Source: Camelus ferus | Lineage: Eukaryota | DNA length: 64,000 nt | Direction: 5' to 3' | Assembly (NCBI RefSeq): GCF_009834535.1 | Contig: NC_045697.1 | Span: 73,472,001-73,536,000, forward strand | Part shown: positions 49,996 to 63,199 of the stretch, piece after piece | How positions within the stretch are numbered: the first letter of the stretch is position 1 | Layout: the number at the start of each line of letters is the position of its first letter | Made by a program: the position numbers and the translations under genes | Notes under the pieces: generated by a model | Told to the model about the DNA's origin: nothing | The model's database searches: none | What the model saw: the letters and a program-made list of their open reading frames with translations, nothing else

Positions 49996-52214
49996 AGCAC
50001 GTGAATTGCATGCTGAGTGAAGAGAAGAGGTGGGGGATACAGTCTGAAGGGTCAGAACCAGGACTATCACTTGTCATCCTATTGTTGCAGAATATCTGTG
50101 AAAGTGATTCCCTTAGGTAAAGAGAAGCAGGGCTGGGGAGATGATGGTTTTCTTGGCAGATGACCATCTTAAGAGAATGGGCTAAATTGATAATTAAATA
50201 AAGCTGATGCTAAAAAGATCTGCTGGGCTTCGGGTGCAGTGAGGAGAGTGGATAGAGAGAGTAGGAGGGGGAGAGAGCAAAACAAGATTAATAATGAGAA
50301 AGCATTCTGAGGTTTTCTGTTCGAGGAATAGGGTGAGTGAAGTGGAAAATTCAGGTGAACAGAAAACAATTATTTTAAGTTGAAAGCAATGGTAAACATG
50401 ATTTTTGAAGTAAAGTTCTCTGGGCTCTTTAATGACCTTAATTGGTTCCACTCCTTGTTTTGCATCAGTCACAAATAATACTCTGTGAACCAAATTTTAA
50501 TCAATTGCTACAAAAGGAGGTGTCTTAACTATGTTTTAGCTAATTTGTTTCCTTATCAGTTATTTCTGTACCAGGGCTCCACAGGACATACAGTAAGTCT
50601 ATTAACTCTGCAGCGGTCTTAGGATGTGAGAATTTGTGGCATATTAAAACTGTCTCCTAAATGCCAGATCTGATTTTCGATCTTTGTTACATTTCGTTTT
50701 TATTACCCCATGCAGAATATAGCCCTATTCTGTGAATGAGCATCTGAAATTAGGGGAAGACCATGAGATGGTGGAGAGGGACATTTTGAAGAGGAAATTA
50801 ACTTAATCCTTAAGAGGAAATATGCCATATACTGTGAATGAAAATACATCATTCCATTTATCCTCCTTATTCAGGAAAGGGGGCATTATGTCTGCAGCTA
50901 GCTTCTCAATAAGAAAAGGGAGGCGAAGGAAAAATAAAATCATAATAGTTAATGTTAAACTCTCATATTTCTTATAATTTATGCAAAAAATGTTGAATTG
51001 GAGGTAGAAATAAATAGGAAGGCCCCAAACAAGACTTCCGAAAGAGCCCTTTCTTGAGACCAAATAATCCTTTGATATTCACAATCTAGATTATAGTAGA
51101 ATATAATCCAATAACCACAAGAAATATATCACTAACAAGAAACAAAGCAGCAGCAAAATCTTACTTTTAACTGTTTTTGAGGATTACTAAGGAGTTGAGA
51201 GAAATTAATGCATTCATTTTCACAGCTTCCTGGAAGTAAATTTGAACAAAAAAGATTAGTTAAAAAGGCTAGCATCTGTTAAGAGTTTACCATGTGCTAA
51301 CCTCTACACTCAGTGAATTGCCTTGATGCTTTACAAACCAAAATAATCCATCCTTGGAACAGACCTAAAGAGGCAAGATTTCAAGGTATTTATATTAAAA
51401 ACCCAATATCTAAATTCCTTGATAGGATATCCAAGCACCACACTTCACTGTACTTCCTGAGTAACCAATTCATCTACGTGTTAAATTCTACAGCTTTACC
51501 ATGACACATCAATTTAATGTCTGTAAGGAGATTTTAGTTTTGGCTAATGCCTTAAAGATGTTTAAGAGCAAAACTATGCTCTCTTATAAGGAGAAAAACT
51601 TTGAATTTAATGTAGTTTAAATATTCGAAGTATTTTTGGCAAAGCCCCTAACATTAAGGGTACTGTTGCACAGATTGGAAATTAGCTGAGATTTAAAAAA
51701 TAAAGAATAATTAATTAAAGACTTTAGTTATTTAACTTGGACTGGGACAATTTTTATTTAATAATGTATTAATAAATTAACTGGAGGGAGCTCACGAATT
51801 CCAGATAGCACTAAGCTCTTCCAGTCAGTGAAGAGAAAATGGATAGGAGTATGTTATAGTAAGATAACATGAGACTGTGAGATGCCATAAAAATGGTAGC
51901 CAAGCTCCTGTGGGAGCAGTTGGAAAGCAATACATTTAGCTATTAGTTATACCCTTTTAAAAATACTAGACCTGAGTATCTTTGCAGAATATTTAAGACA
52001 TTGGAAAAATTGCTTCCATAGCCAAAAAGGTGAAAAAAAGTAAAATCAAAGAGCAAATATTTTACCCATTTACAAAATAAGACCTATCTTTCACTGAAAT
52101 GGTATGTACGGCAGTTACTAACTATTGTTATACTAAAAATGAAGTCAGTGTATTACTTGGAAGTAGGATATGTGGTTTCCGGTCCTGGCTCAAGTGCTTA
52201 TTCTTGTATTCAAT

Positions 52215-53110
52215 AAATCATTCATTTAGTCATTCATTCAAAGCAAGATTTATTAAGTATTTATTATGAATCAGACACTGTGCTGGGTATAAGGAAGGGA
52301 TGTGTAGATGATAAAATTATATTCCCTAAACTGAAAGATCTTATAATCTAATAGGGGAGATAGACAAAATAGCAAACAATTACAGTGGTATATTAAGTGA
52401 TTAAACATAAATTTATGGAGCAAAAGGAAAGTATGAGATGAAACTACCTCAGGTGAGGGCAGATGTTTTTCAGTGTGGCCAAAGTTTAACATGGAAGAAG
52501 AATGCAAGAGTGGTAATAAAACTGAGATGAAGTAGGTAGGAGCTGGATTATAAGCAACCTACTGTGCTAGGCTAAGGTGTTTGCTTACATGTTCTAACAA
52601 CTGTAAGGCATGTAAAAGTCATAGAAAATGTAAGGAGAGATGGGAAATGACAATTTTAAAATTTATTTTTCAAATAGAGCAATACTGTTATGCAGACTAA
52701 ATTGGATGGCATTTGAATCTGGAGACAAAGGAAAACTTAGAATACTACTGAAAAAAAATTGGGTAAGAAATAGGACGGACTTTATATGGAAATGAAGAGA
52801 AAATTGGTGAATTGGGTGACCTACTGGAATGAGAGATAAGTAAGGAAGGAGTCATGGATAAACTGCATATTTCTGGATTAGGGAACTGGGTAGACAATGA
52901 AAATATCACTCAGCAAAATAGGAAGAGTAGGTTTGTTTTAAATAATTTGGGGACCTATTAATTTTGAAGAGCCTTTATGACCTCCAAGAGAAGCACAACA
53001 AATATTTCAGTCCACACAAAAGCCTGGACATAAAATACATATCTATAATGCAGACACAGATTTTAGAGTTTTCAAAATGTATATGATAGTTGCAGCCAGG
53101 AGTTTGAATA
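52215..53110 (-). mobile_element. L2 (3' ~0.9 kb)
   Basis: 'cattcattcaaagcaagatttattaagtatttattatgaatcagacactgtgctggg...gaaggagtcatggataaactgcatatttctggattagggaactgggtaga'. Confidence 0.85.
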
Positions 53111-55761
53111 AGAATGAGACGAAGATTGTCTGGTGATGGAAACTTGAGAGTCCTCAACGATCTACCAACAACAGCACTATATTATAGATACAAATGTGTA
53201 TATACATACACTTTTCAATTCCACATTGAAAATTCACACAAAGTATATTTCCAGATCATTATGGAATTAAAGAAGCAGTTAATTCAAGAAATATATATAT
53301 GTAGAAAATTCTCAAGTATTTGGAAGTTAAACAATATAGTTCTATGTAACCTGTGGGCCAAAGAAGAAATCTCAAGAGAAATTGGAAACCATTTTGAACT
53401 GACTGAAAATGAAAATAGAGCATAGGAAAACTTGCAGGACGCAGCTAAAGTAATACTTACAAGTAAATTTATAATATTAAAATGCTATATCAGAAGAGTA
53501 AAAATTCTCAGTCAATAATCTAAGTTTCCCCCTTAAGAAGTAGAAAAAGAAGAGCATGCTGAACACAAATTAAGCAGAAGGAAGTATATGTTAAAGATAA
53601 TAGTAGAAGTTAATAAAATTAAAAACAAAAATAGAAAAAAAAATGAAAACAAAAATTGATACTGTGAAAAATCAATAAAATTGATAAACCTGTAACAAGA
53701 CTTACAAAGAAAAAAAAACAGAGAGGAGAGGAGGGAGAGAGGGAGAGAAAGAAATAAAAACTACAAATATCAGAAATAAAAGAAGTGAAACCATTACAAA
53801 CTCCACAGACCTTATAAGTAAAAGAATACTAGAAACAATCTATGTGTACACATTCAAAAACATAGATAAAGTGGGCCAATTTCTTTAAAGATACAAACTA
53901 CCAAAACTTACTTGAGAAGAAATAGATAATTTTTCTCTACTGAATTTGTAATTAATTTTTTTTAAGCAAGATCCAGAATGGACTTTCACCATTGAATTCT
54001 ACTAAACATTTAAGGAACAAATAATAAAAATTCTGTACAGTTTCTTTCAAAAAGTAGAAGAGGAGATAACAACTCACAACTCATTTTGTAAGGCAAGCAT
54101 ACCCTAATTCCAGAACCAAATAGGCATTACAGGAAAACTATAGACCAGCAAACCTTATAAATAGTAGCTAAAAAATTAACAACATAATAGTAAATTAAAT
54201 CCAATAATATACACAAAGGATAATACAACATGACCAAGTGGGTGCTTTTTCTAGAAATGTATACCTGGTACAATATTTAAAAATCAAACACCATAACTCA
54301 CCATATTAACAGACTAAAGAAGAAAATACACATGATTATCTTCATACATGGGGGACAACTTTTAATAAATTTCAATATCCATTTGTGACAAAAGTCTCAG
54401 CTAACTAGGAATAGAGGGAAAATCCTTAACCAGAAAAAGGCTATTTTGAAAAAAAAAAAAGTTACCATAATAGATAATGATGAAAAATTTAATGTAGTCT
54501 TCTTAAGATCTGGAACAATGTAAGGATGTCTTTTCTCTTTACACCTATTCAACAGAACACTGGAAGTCTTAGCTAGTACAATAAGGCAAGGAAAAGAAAC
54601 AAAAGACATTCAGCTTGAAAAGATGAAATAAAATCTGTCTCTCTTTGTAGATAACTTCTCAGAGAATCTATAGAAAAGTTCCCAGTAAATGAGCACAGAA
54701 AAGTTGCAGATAAAACATCAATATACAAAATCAATTTTATTTCTGTGCACTTGTAATGAATTTGAAATTTCTCATAAAACCATTTACAATAGCACTGAAA
54801 AAAATGAAATTTTAGATAGAAATCTAAAAACATAATCTCAAGGTCTGTATGCTAAAAATTATAAACACTGATGAAAAAATCATAGACAAATAAATGGAGA
54901 AATGTACTGTGCTCCTGTGTTAGAAGACTGAATACGATAATTCTGTTTAATTTAATCCATAGACTTACAATACAAATGAAAATTGTAGCAGACTTTTTGT
55001 AGATACTGACTAGTTGATTCTAAAGAACTAGAAGAGCTAAACAATTCTAGAAAAGAAGAACTAAGTTCTAGGAATCACACTACCCAATTTTAGGACTTAC
55101 TATAAAGTTACATTAATCAACAAGGTTGGTATCAGTGAGGACAGACATATAGATCAATGGAAAAAAACAGAGAGCCCAGAAATAGGCCCTCATAAATAGT
55201 CAACTGGTTTGTGACAAATATGGAAAGGCAATTCATGGAGAAAGATTAGTCTTTTCAATAAATGGTGCTAGAATAATTGGATATCAACAAGCAATCTATT
55301 ATCTCAGACCTTACACAAAAAATTAATCAGAACAGATCCTTAGCCTAAATGTAGATATAAAACTAAAAACTTCTAGAAGAAAATATAAGAGAAGATCTGA
55401 ATGACCTTGAGTTTATTGACAGAGCTTTTAGACACATCACCAAAACCATAATCTGTAAAAGAAAACATTGATAAATTGAACTTTATCAAACTAAAATCTT
55501 TGGTCTGATAAATGCACCCTTAAAAGAATGAAAAGAAAAATCACAAACAAGGAGAAAACATTTGCAAATCACACTTCTGACAAAAAACTTGTATTTAGAC
55601 TATGAAACAAATTCTCCAAACACAACAGTAATAAACAACCCAATAAAACAAGTTGGCAAAAGATCTAAACAGGCACTTCACCCAAGAGAATATATGAATG
55701 GCAAATAAGTACATAAAGAGATAGTCAGTTAGGGAAATGCAAATTAAAACTATGTGATACC

Positions 55762-56111
55762 CATGAAAAATGCTCAGTACTGCTAATTATTAGAGAAACG
55801 CAAATCAAAATAACAAGGTATTACCTATCAGAATGGCTTTCATTAAAAAGTCCACAAACAATAAATGCTGGAGAAAAGGGAACCCTCCTACACTGTTTGT
55901 GGAAATGTAGTTTGATGCAGCCATTATGGAAAACAGTATAGAGATTGCTTCAAAAACTGATCCAGTAATCCCATTCCTAGGCATATATCCAGAAGAAACT
56001 CTAATGTGAAAAGATACATGCACTCTAATGTTCATAGCAGCACTATTTATAGTAGCCAAGACATGGAAGCAATCTAAATGTCCTCAACAGATGACTAGGT
56101 AAAGAAGTAGT

Positions 56112-56164
<53 letters not shown>

Positions 56165-56165
56165 C
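55762..56165 (+). mobile_element. Younger L1 ORF2 C-terminal segment embedded in the old L1
   Basis: 'aataaatgctggagaaaagggaaccctcctacactg...aagatacatgcactctaatgttcatagcagcactatttatagtagccaagacatgg' is nearly the reverse complement of 28680-29050; ends at (TA)n. Confidence 0.8.
56114..56161 (+). repeat. (TA)n microsatellite
   Basis: About 24 perfect units. Confidence 0.97.
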
Positions 56166-57484
56166 ACTGGAATGCTGGAGTCATAGCCATCAGTATGGAC
56201 TCATGGATATCATTTAAGATAGTTACACAGAGAGGTACAGATTAGATAGATAGATGATTGACAGATAAACAGACATGTATGTTTATGCCTGGGTTAATAT
56301 ATACACATATTTCCTAGGTCTGCTGATGAGAAGTATTAGAAGCAGTGACATCCCTGTAGCAATGAGCATAACTGCTATCCAGATATTTTGGTTTCTAAAT
56401 ATTATTCTTCAATAAAAGCAACCAGAGGTCCTTTAAGAAGTGGTTGTTTCCAGGGCTGGGACAGGGAAAAGAAGAGGTAAACCTGAACTATCTTGCAGTA
56501 CTATGAAGGGAAATAAAAAAATGCAAAGAAAAAAGAATTTTTTAAGAGTGAGGGTGTATCTTCCCTTTGGCTCATTATAGCTAAGATTAAAACTTGAGGG
56601 ACAAAATAAATAACAATAGTATTAGATTATAACTCATAAAATAAAACAATTATCCATGAGTTCATACTGATATAAATAAGATAAAATATAAATATAAATA
56701 AGACATAAATGAGATAAAGGTATAATGCTTCCCTATAAAAGATTACAAGTAATAAATATGGAAAATTGAAAATCACCATTAGAAGAGCATGGTACTAACT
56801 GATGCAGGTAAGAATCACCTCTGGATGCTACAAGTCATGGTGAAAATTTAAACAGAAATAGGATATTTGCAAATTCTCAAAGTACCTGCCTCCATATATT
56901 TATTCATCATAAAAGGGAAAACAATAAGCTTACAGTGGATAACCTGGCACATACTTTAACCAAATTATCAAAGTTAGCATCAAAATGAATGCATATCAAC
57001 ATCATTTACCCGGATTTGATGTCCTGAGAAGGGTACATCACCTACATCAGCCATGCAGCATTCTTCCAAGAATGCAGAAACTTGATATAACTATGAAAAC
57101 ATATTTGACAAACATAAATAAATGAATATTGTACATACAAATCCAGCAGTATCTTTCAAATATGTCAAGATCGTGAAAGACAAGGTCATCAAGTAAAGGA
57201 GAGACTAATGAGACATGCCGTCTAAGTACACAGTAGAAACTTGGATTGGATCCTGGAACACAAAAGGGACAGTAATAGAAGAACTAGTAAAATCTGAGTA
57301 AAATGTGTAGTTTAATTACTAGCATTATACCAGTGTTCATTTTTGACTTTTGATAAATATATTATAATTATCTATGATGTTAACTATAGGGAAATCTGGG
57401 TAAATAATATAGGAATTCTCTGTCACACTTTTGCAATGCTTGTGTAATTATAAGATATCTCAAAATTAAATGTCAAAAAGAGAG

Positions 57485-58170
57485 TATTGATGATATTGAG
57501 CAATGGAAATTTATACACTGACATTCATCATCAGTATAAAATATAAATTGCTACAAATTCTTTGAAAAACCACCTAGCCTCTTCTCAAAATAATCCTATA
57601 AATAACCTATTTTACAATAATTCCACTTCTAGGGATATATCCTACAGGTAGGCATACATATGCACTCCAAAAGATATACGCAATAATGTGCTTGGTAACG
57701 TTCATTAAAATAGTAAAAAGTTGGAAACAAATCCAACGTCTGTCAATAGCAGAATGGATACATTTTGGTATGAACATTTGGTTCCATACAGTGAAATACT
57801 ACACTGTAATGGAACTGAACATACTACTGTTGTTTTTTAAAAATGGATGAATCTCATAAGGGTAAGGTTGAGTGAAAGAAGCTGAACACAAAAGAATATG
57901 CATTGCATGATTTCATTTACATGAAATTCAAAACTCGGCAAGCTAATTTTTGGTATCCCAGGTCAGGATAGTGGCTCCCATAAAGGAGAAGGATGGGTCT
58001 CATGATTGGGAAGGGAAGCAAAGAGTGCTCTGGGATGCTGGTAATCTTCCAGTTCTTGAGCTCGATAGCTGTAGGAATTTATTCACTTTGTAAAATTCAT
58101 TAAGCGATACATGTGAGGTCTCTATATTTTTCCACATGCATATTATAAATTTTAATATAAGTAAAGTTTG
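57485..58170 (+). mobile_element. L1ME-type 3' end
   Basis: 'aataattccacttctagggatatatcc...atggatgaatctcata...gttgagtgaaagaagc...attcactttgtaaaattcattaagc'. Confidence 0.8.
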
Positions 58171-58399
58171 GGTTTTTTTTTTTTTTTTTTTAAGGCAAAG
58201 GATTCCTTGGCTACTCTATTGTGAATAGACCTCAGGGATGCCAGAATGGTAGCAGAGTGATCAGTTAGACAATTCCACATTACAAAAAAATTAAAATATG
58301 TTGTTTATAATATTTTTCTAAAACAGGAGAAAGATAAAAATACTGGACCTCAATATCATATAAATGATGAGAGATGATCTCAAAAGTGTTCTGAAGTCC

Positions 58400-59590
58400 T
58401 AATGGTCTTCAGAAGTGGATTAAGACTGATTAACTTTGTTAAGCATGAATGTTAAAATTTCAAGAATAATTCCAAAAGGAATAAAAGATAGATTTTATTC
58501 TTCTGAAGAAGTAGAACAGAAAAATGGAATGAGAAAACAAAGCTCAATTAATCAAGAAAAAGAAGCATAGACAAATGAGACAATTAGGAAACACGAAATA
58601 AGTCGTAGAAACAAGTCAAATATCAGCAACCATGGCTGAAGGAACTGACTTCCTTTCAAAAAAGAGAAGAATTTTCAGCTTGGAGAATAAATCCAGCCTT
58701 ATGTTGTTTTCAAAAAGACACACCTAAAACATAAGCTGTTAAAAGGCTGAAAGTAAAAGGATGCCAAAGATACAGTAAGCAAATATCAACTAAAATAAAA
58801 CAAGAGTATCTATATTAATTTTATGTCAAAGGAAGAATTCATAGAACTAAAAAAGGTATGGGTAATGATTTAATGATAAAACTTTCAACATAGAAGATTG
58901 ATGTACTCAAAACTTGTTGCACCTTACAAAATAGCTTAAAAACAAAACCATACCAGAACTACAGACTGAAGTCGATCCCCACCATCACAGTGGGGGTTGG
59001 AGATTTTCAATACACCTCTCCATACTGTTTGTAGGTAACGCAGACTAAAAACTTGGTGAAGCGAAAGAACACAGCAATCTTGATTGAGAGGAATTATATA
59101 GAACCCTAGGTCTGGTAACTACAGAATTCCCATCTGTCTCAGATACACATGAGCCACATGCTAAAAGAAGGGGAGGGGCAAATACTAGGTAATCCTCTAC
59201 TAAATTTCAAAGCATATGTATCATACAGAATATTTGCTCTGACTACAATGAAATTGTTCCAAAACAAAACAAAGATATATTTTAAAAGATAGATTTAAAA
59301 AAAATTTTTAAAGCACTTCTAAAAAGTAATTGATCTAAACCAAATTGATCTAAACTGAAATGATAATTTGGAACTGAATAATAAGGAAGGTATTTCATAT
59401 GAAAACTTAGAGATGCAATGCAAGTAGAAATTTGAGGGAGATTTTAGTCTTAAATGCTCCAAATGCATGAGGCTAAAATTAATTAGCAAAAAAAAAAAAA
59501 AAAAAAACACCTATCTGAAAAAGCAAGAATAAACCAGATCAGTTATGAGCAGAAGTAGGTGGTAGAAGAGAACGGTGTCTCAATAAAGAT
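58400..59590 (+). mobile_element. Ancient L1 fragment (inter-ORF region and EN domain)
   Basis: 'tatgttgttttcaaaaagacacacctaaaac', 'ttggagattttcaatacacctctc' (GDF-NTPL, frameshifted), 'tctgactacaatgaaatt' (SDYN; consensus SDHN). Confidence 0.75.
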
Positions 59591-60529
59591 AGATTTTGGG
59601 CTTATTTTTATTATTTGTCAAAAATGCCGAGTAGCTACAGAATTGCCAATTGCTGTAGAGAAGCCAAATATACGCAAAAACTGCTCCTGCCTTCAAGGAA
59701 GACTTTACAAGTCACAGTGAAAAATAAAGACTAGCCAGCAGGAACAGAGGTTTGTAAGCAAAGCCTGGGTCTGGCAGATCAGCTGTGGTGATGAGAACTG
59801 ATGAGTCAGGGCAGCCATCACCAGTAACTCTTCAGACTGAGACCATCAACTGCTGGCCTCCAGAGATGGGTGCAGGAGAAAGGTGTGTGTCCTTAAGGGA
59901 GATTCCAGCTTCAGATAAAGAAGGAAGTGGAAGGAGCTTTCAATGAAGAGACTAGAGGGTGTGGGGAGCTTTGTTTACCATGATACGAGGTACCAGAGGA
60001 AGGAAAGAAAATGGTTAGGAGCAAAGAAGTGGGAGAGTGGATCTGGGAAGAATGACATGACAGTCCTAGAATGAGTAGAAATGAGAGGAGCGGGCAGCAG
60101 AGACTTTCACACAGACCTTGGCCGAGAAGAAGAAAACGTGAGGTAAGAGGCATTTTCCCTTCTCAGGATTTTAAGTGAAATGCTGGAGGAATGTCATATT
60201 ATGCTCCTGCAGGCTAGAGCTTTCAAAATGCTGTAAGCTTGGGGATTCTGGCAAAATGAAGCCTTTGGCCAAAATTCTAATGAAACACTGTTAAGAAATG
60301 TTTAAGGAAAAAGTAACAAATCAGAGGAGTCCCAGGACAATTAGAACTAACTTGGTCACATTAGAGGAATTCCACTCTGCTGCAGGAGTGATGGTTTAAT
60401 TGGTTTCTAAGAACGTTTCCTGGGGTGGGTCTCCAGCAAAAGTTGATTCTGGTTTCATTTGATGGAACCAGGTTGCATTGTTCCAACATTTAAGAGTTGT
60501 GTGGCCTAAGTTGAAGTAGTTCTTAAACT

Positions 60530-60670
60530 TCTTCAGTTTTTATTTTTACTCTTTATACATAAAATTGAGAAAACAATACAGGAATCTTGAGATGATCGCT
60601 GATAATGGAGAAAAGTGCCTAGCACAGTAGGCGTCTGCCACATGGTAGGTAGTTCATAAATTCTAACTCA
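60530..60670 (+). mobile_element. MIR fragment
   Basis: 'cataaaattgagaaaacaata...aaaagtgcctagcacagtaggcgtctgccacatggtagg'. Confidence 0.6.
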
Positions 60671-61019
60671 TCATTCTTGTTGTCACATACTGCAGATCAC
60701 CACTGCATCTACAAGTTACAGGCATACCTCAGTGCTTTCAAGATCCCCAGTCCTTCATCACACAGGTACATGACAACCTCTAACTCCTAGCCAGTCCACC
60801 AGATCAGTGATTTTACTTGCTTTATTGCATCCTGTTGACCAGTTCCAGCTTCCTCTTCAAAGCTGCCTCACATTGTCCACGTTGATACTGCCTACCACCT
60901 CCCCCAGGGGGTGTGGGGAGGGACAGTAGGACAGCAGACAGCCTTTTATGCTGCCCTTTATATGCTAGCTCTAATTCTTTTATGCTACTCTCTGCTTTCC
61001 TCTCTTTTATCCAGCTCTT

Positions 61020-61330
61020 GATTCATTCATTTATCAAACATTATCGAGTGTCTAGGTACTAGGTTGGACACCAGTGATACAAAGTTGACAAAGGCACAGT
61101 CATGCCCTGAAGGATGTTACAGTCCAGTGGGAGAAACAGATGTAAGCAGATACCCACAGTGCAATTAGATAAATGGTAATGGCAGGGTTTCCATGGTACT
61201 TTGGGAGCACAAATGAGGCAACTAACTCTTCTGGAACAGATAGAAGAAGGTTTCACAGAGGTATCTGAGCATCTTTTGAAAAGATGATTAAGGGGTCACC
61301 AGTCCATGCAGTGGCAGTGAGGATGGCGAC
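61020..61330 (-). mobile_element. L2 3' end
   Basis: 'attcattcatttatcaaacattatcgagtg...cacagtcatgccctgaaggatgttacagtccagtgggagaaacaga'. Confidence 0.85.
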
Positions 61331-61741
61331 AGAGAGGAGAGAGGAAAAGGGAGAGTCACTGCAGACCAAGGATTTGGGGGTGTGTGTGGTGGGTCAGGGA
61401 GAGGAGGGAGTTTCAGGAGACAAAATCTGGATGTTGGCTTAGCTTCAGGATTTTAAGGCAAGGCTCAGGAAAAAAAAATGAAATTCAGGGAAAAGTAAAA
61501 TAATATTTCTCAAAGATACTTTGCTTGGATTAAAGAAAAAAACATTTTTTCCTACAAATGCCTAAGATTGCTCAAGGCAGGAGAGTATGTGTTTCCTGTA
61601 ATTCCTACTGAAAAGATGAAATCTTAGATTCATGTCATACTTCATAGAGATGTTGTGGTAAACAAAATTATCAAGGCAACTTTCAGCATCATCTAGGGAA
61701 GACAGTTAAGTGCAGTTGGAAGTAATCGTAATTTCTCTTAC

Positions 61742-61901
61742 CTTTCATCCGCCTTCTCCTTGTGGTGCGGTTCAGTCGGCATCACTACCTGTCTTCTCTT
61801 TATAAGTGTCTCCTTGTAATGGGAAGAAAGGACAAGGATGACGGCTATGGCAACCTGGTGTCTGCATTTGCACCTCCAATGCCCTTATAGCCATTCCCAG
61901 C
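61742..61901 (-). other. Candidate 160-nt exon (5'UTR/start-codon exon or lncRNA exon)
   Basis: Minus strand reads (ttttat)n ttttgcag|GCTGGG...GATGAAAG|gtaaga: strong acceptor and donor around a GC/CpG-richer body. All three through-frames contain stops; a late ATG (61782) opens MPTEPHHKEKADE up to the donor. Confidence 0.4.
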
Positions 61902-62633
61902 CTGCAAAAATAAAATAAAATAAAATAAAATAAGTTCTCACCACCTCTTCTGCCTCAACAAAAAGTAACATTATAGAAAAGTAAGCCCAGTCTAATGAGG
62001 GCAATCAGCAAAAATGTGACCTCTTGACTTCAGCTTTAACTCCCACATCCCAAGACCAGTAGGTTACACAGGAGTCACTGTTGGGAAAAGCTTCCCTCAA
62101 GAGTTATTAGGAACAAAACTGTATTATAGGATGAAGTAGAGAAAAAAATGTTCCAGAAGTGTTGAAGTGCAGGAAGAGTATACTAACTGAGACAAAAAAT
62201 GGACAAAACAAACACACTTTCAAAACTCTGCCAGGTTCTGTCCTTGAACCTAGATTCTACCCCTAGCTCTTACAATGGACATATTTCTTGTGGGTTTCTA
62301 TCATTCCCTCATTCCTGAGGGAACAGATCTAGAAGAGTGGACTTTTCCCTAAGCCCTCGAACTCTTCAGAGCACCTTGGTAGGTCAGACCAGAGAAATAG
62401 CAGAAGAAGAGCAGAATACATTTGTGTATGACTTTCTCACAAGTATTTACAGGTCAAACACCCTAATACTGCTAAGGGTTGTCTTATGTGGGCATGGTTA
62501 GTTGGGATTTGTTTCATCTTAGGTAAAGACTGGTGTCAGCAATTTAGTGACTATTAGAAATGTGTCTGTTTCCAGATACAGTACAGATAATGCACCATAC
62601 CACATCTCCTTGTCCTGTGGAGTTTTATTGTCC

Positions 62634-62762
62634 TTTTTTCAGTTGAAGTATACTCGACGTGTAACATCATATTAGTTTCAAGTGTACAACATAGTGATTT
62701 GATATTTAGTATATATTGCAAAATGATTACCACAGCAAGGCTAGTTAACCTCTAGTCAACAT
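62634..62762 (-). mobile_element. Short L1MA-type 3' end
   Basis: 'ttgaagtatactcgacgtgtaacatcatattagtttcaagtgtacaacatagtgatttgatattt...aatgattaccacagcaaggctagttaacc'. Confidence 0.85.
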
Positions 62763-63199
62763 GTTTCAGGCCACGCACGCACCCCACTTCCCTGTCCTGT
62801 GGAGCTTTATTCTAACTCTTATGTTGTGATAGGCACCAATTTAAAATTTAAATTTTAAAGCATCAGAACAAGAAAGTGCCAAAGATAATCATCTAATGAG
62901 CAAAATCCCCACTCCTACGTTGAAACTGAAATTAAGAGAGGTTGAAATGTTTGGTTACCTTAACCTGGTATCTCACATCAAGGAAATGGCTTAATGTTAA
63001 TGCTGGGTGAATCACAAGAGTTTCAGCACATTTAAAGAGAGGAGGAGCAGACATTTTAATTACTGTGAAGCTACTCATGATCACAGAAGAAATATTTTCT
63101 TACTCTTCTGTAAATAACACTGAACCCTTTTTATCTCCATCAGCCCCAACCACTGTGGTACCATTTTGCATGCAGACCAGTCAGGCTGAGGAGCATTAA

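Larger units (their letters stand above)
53155..57478 (+). mobile_element. Old L1 (L1MC/L1MD-type): ORF2 and long 3'UTR
   Basis: ORF2 motifs 'aatcaataaaattgataaacc', 'catgaccaagtggg', 'tcttttcaataaatggtgctag'; 3'UTR 'gaagcagtgacatccctgtagcaatgagcat...ggtttctaaatattattcttcaataaaagcaaccag...ggattggatcctggaacacaaaagggac'. Confidence 0.9.
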
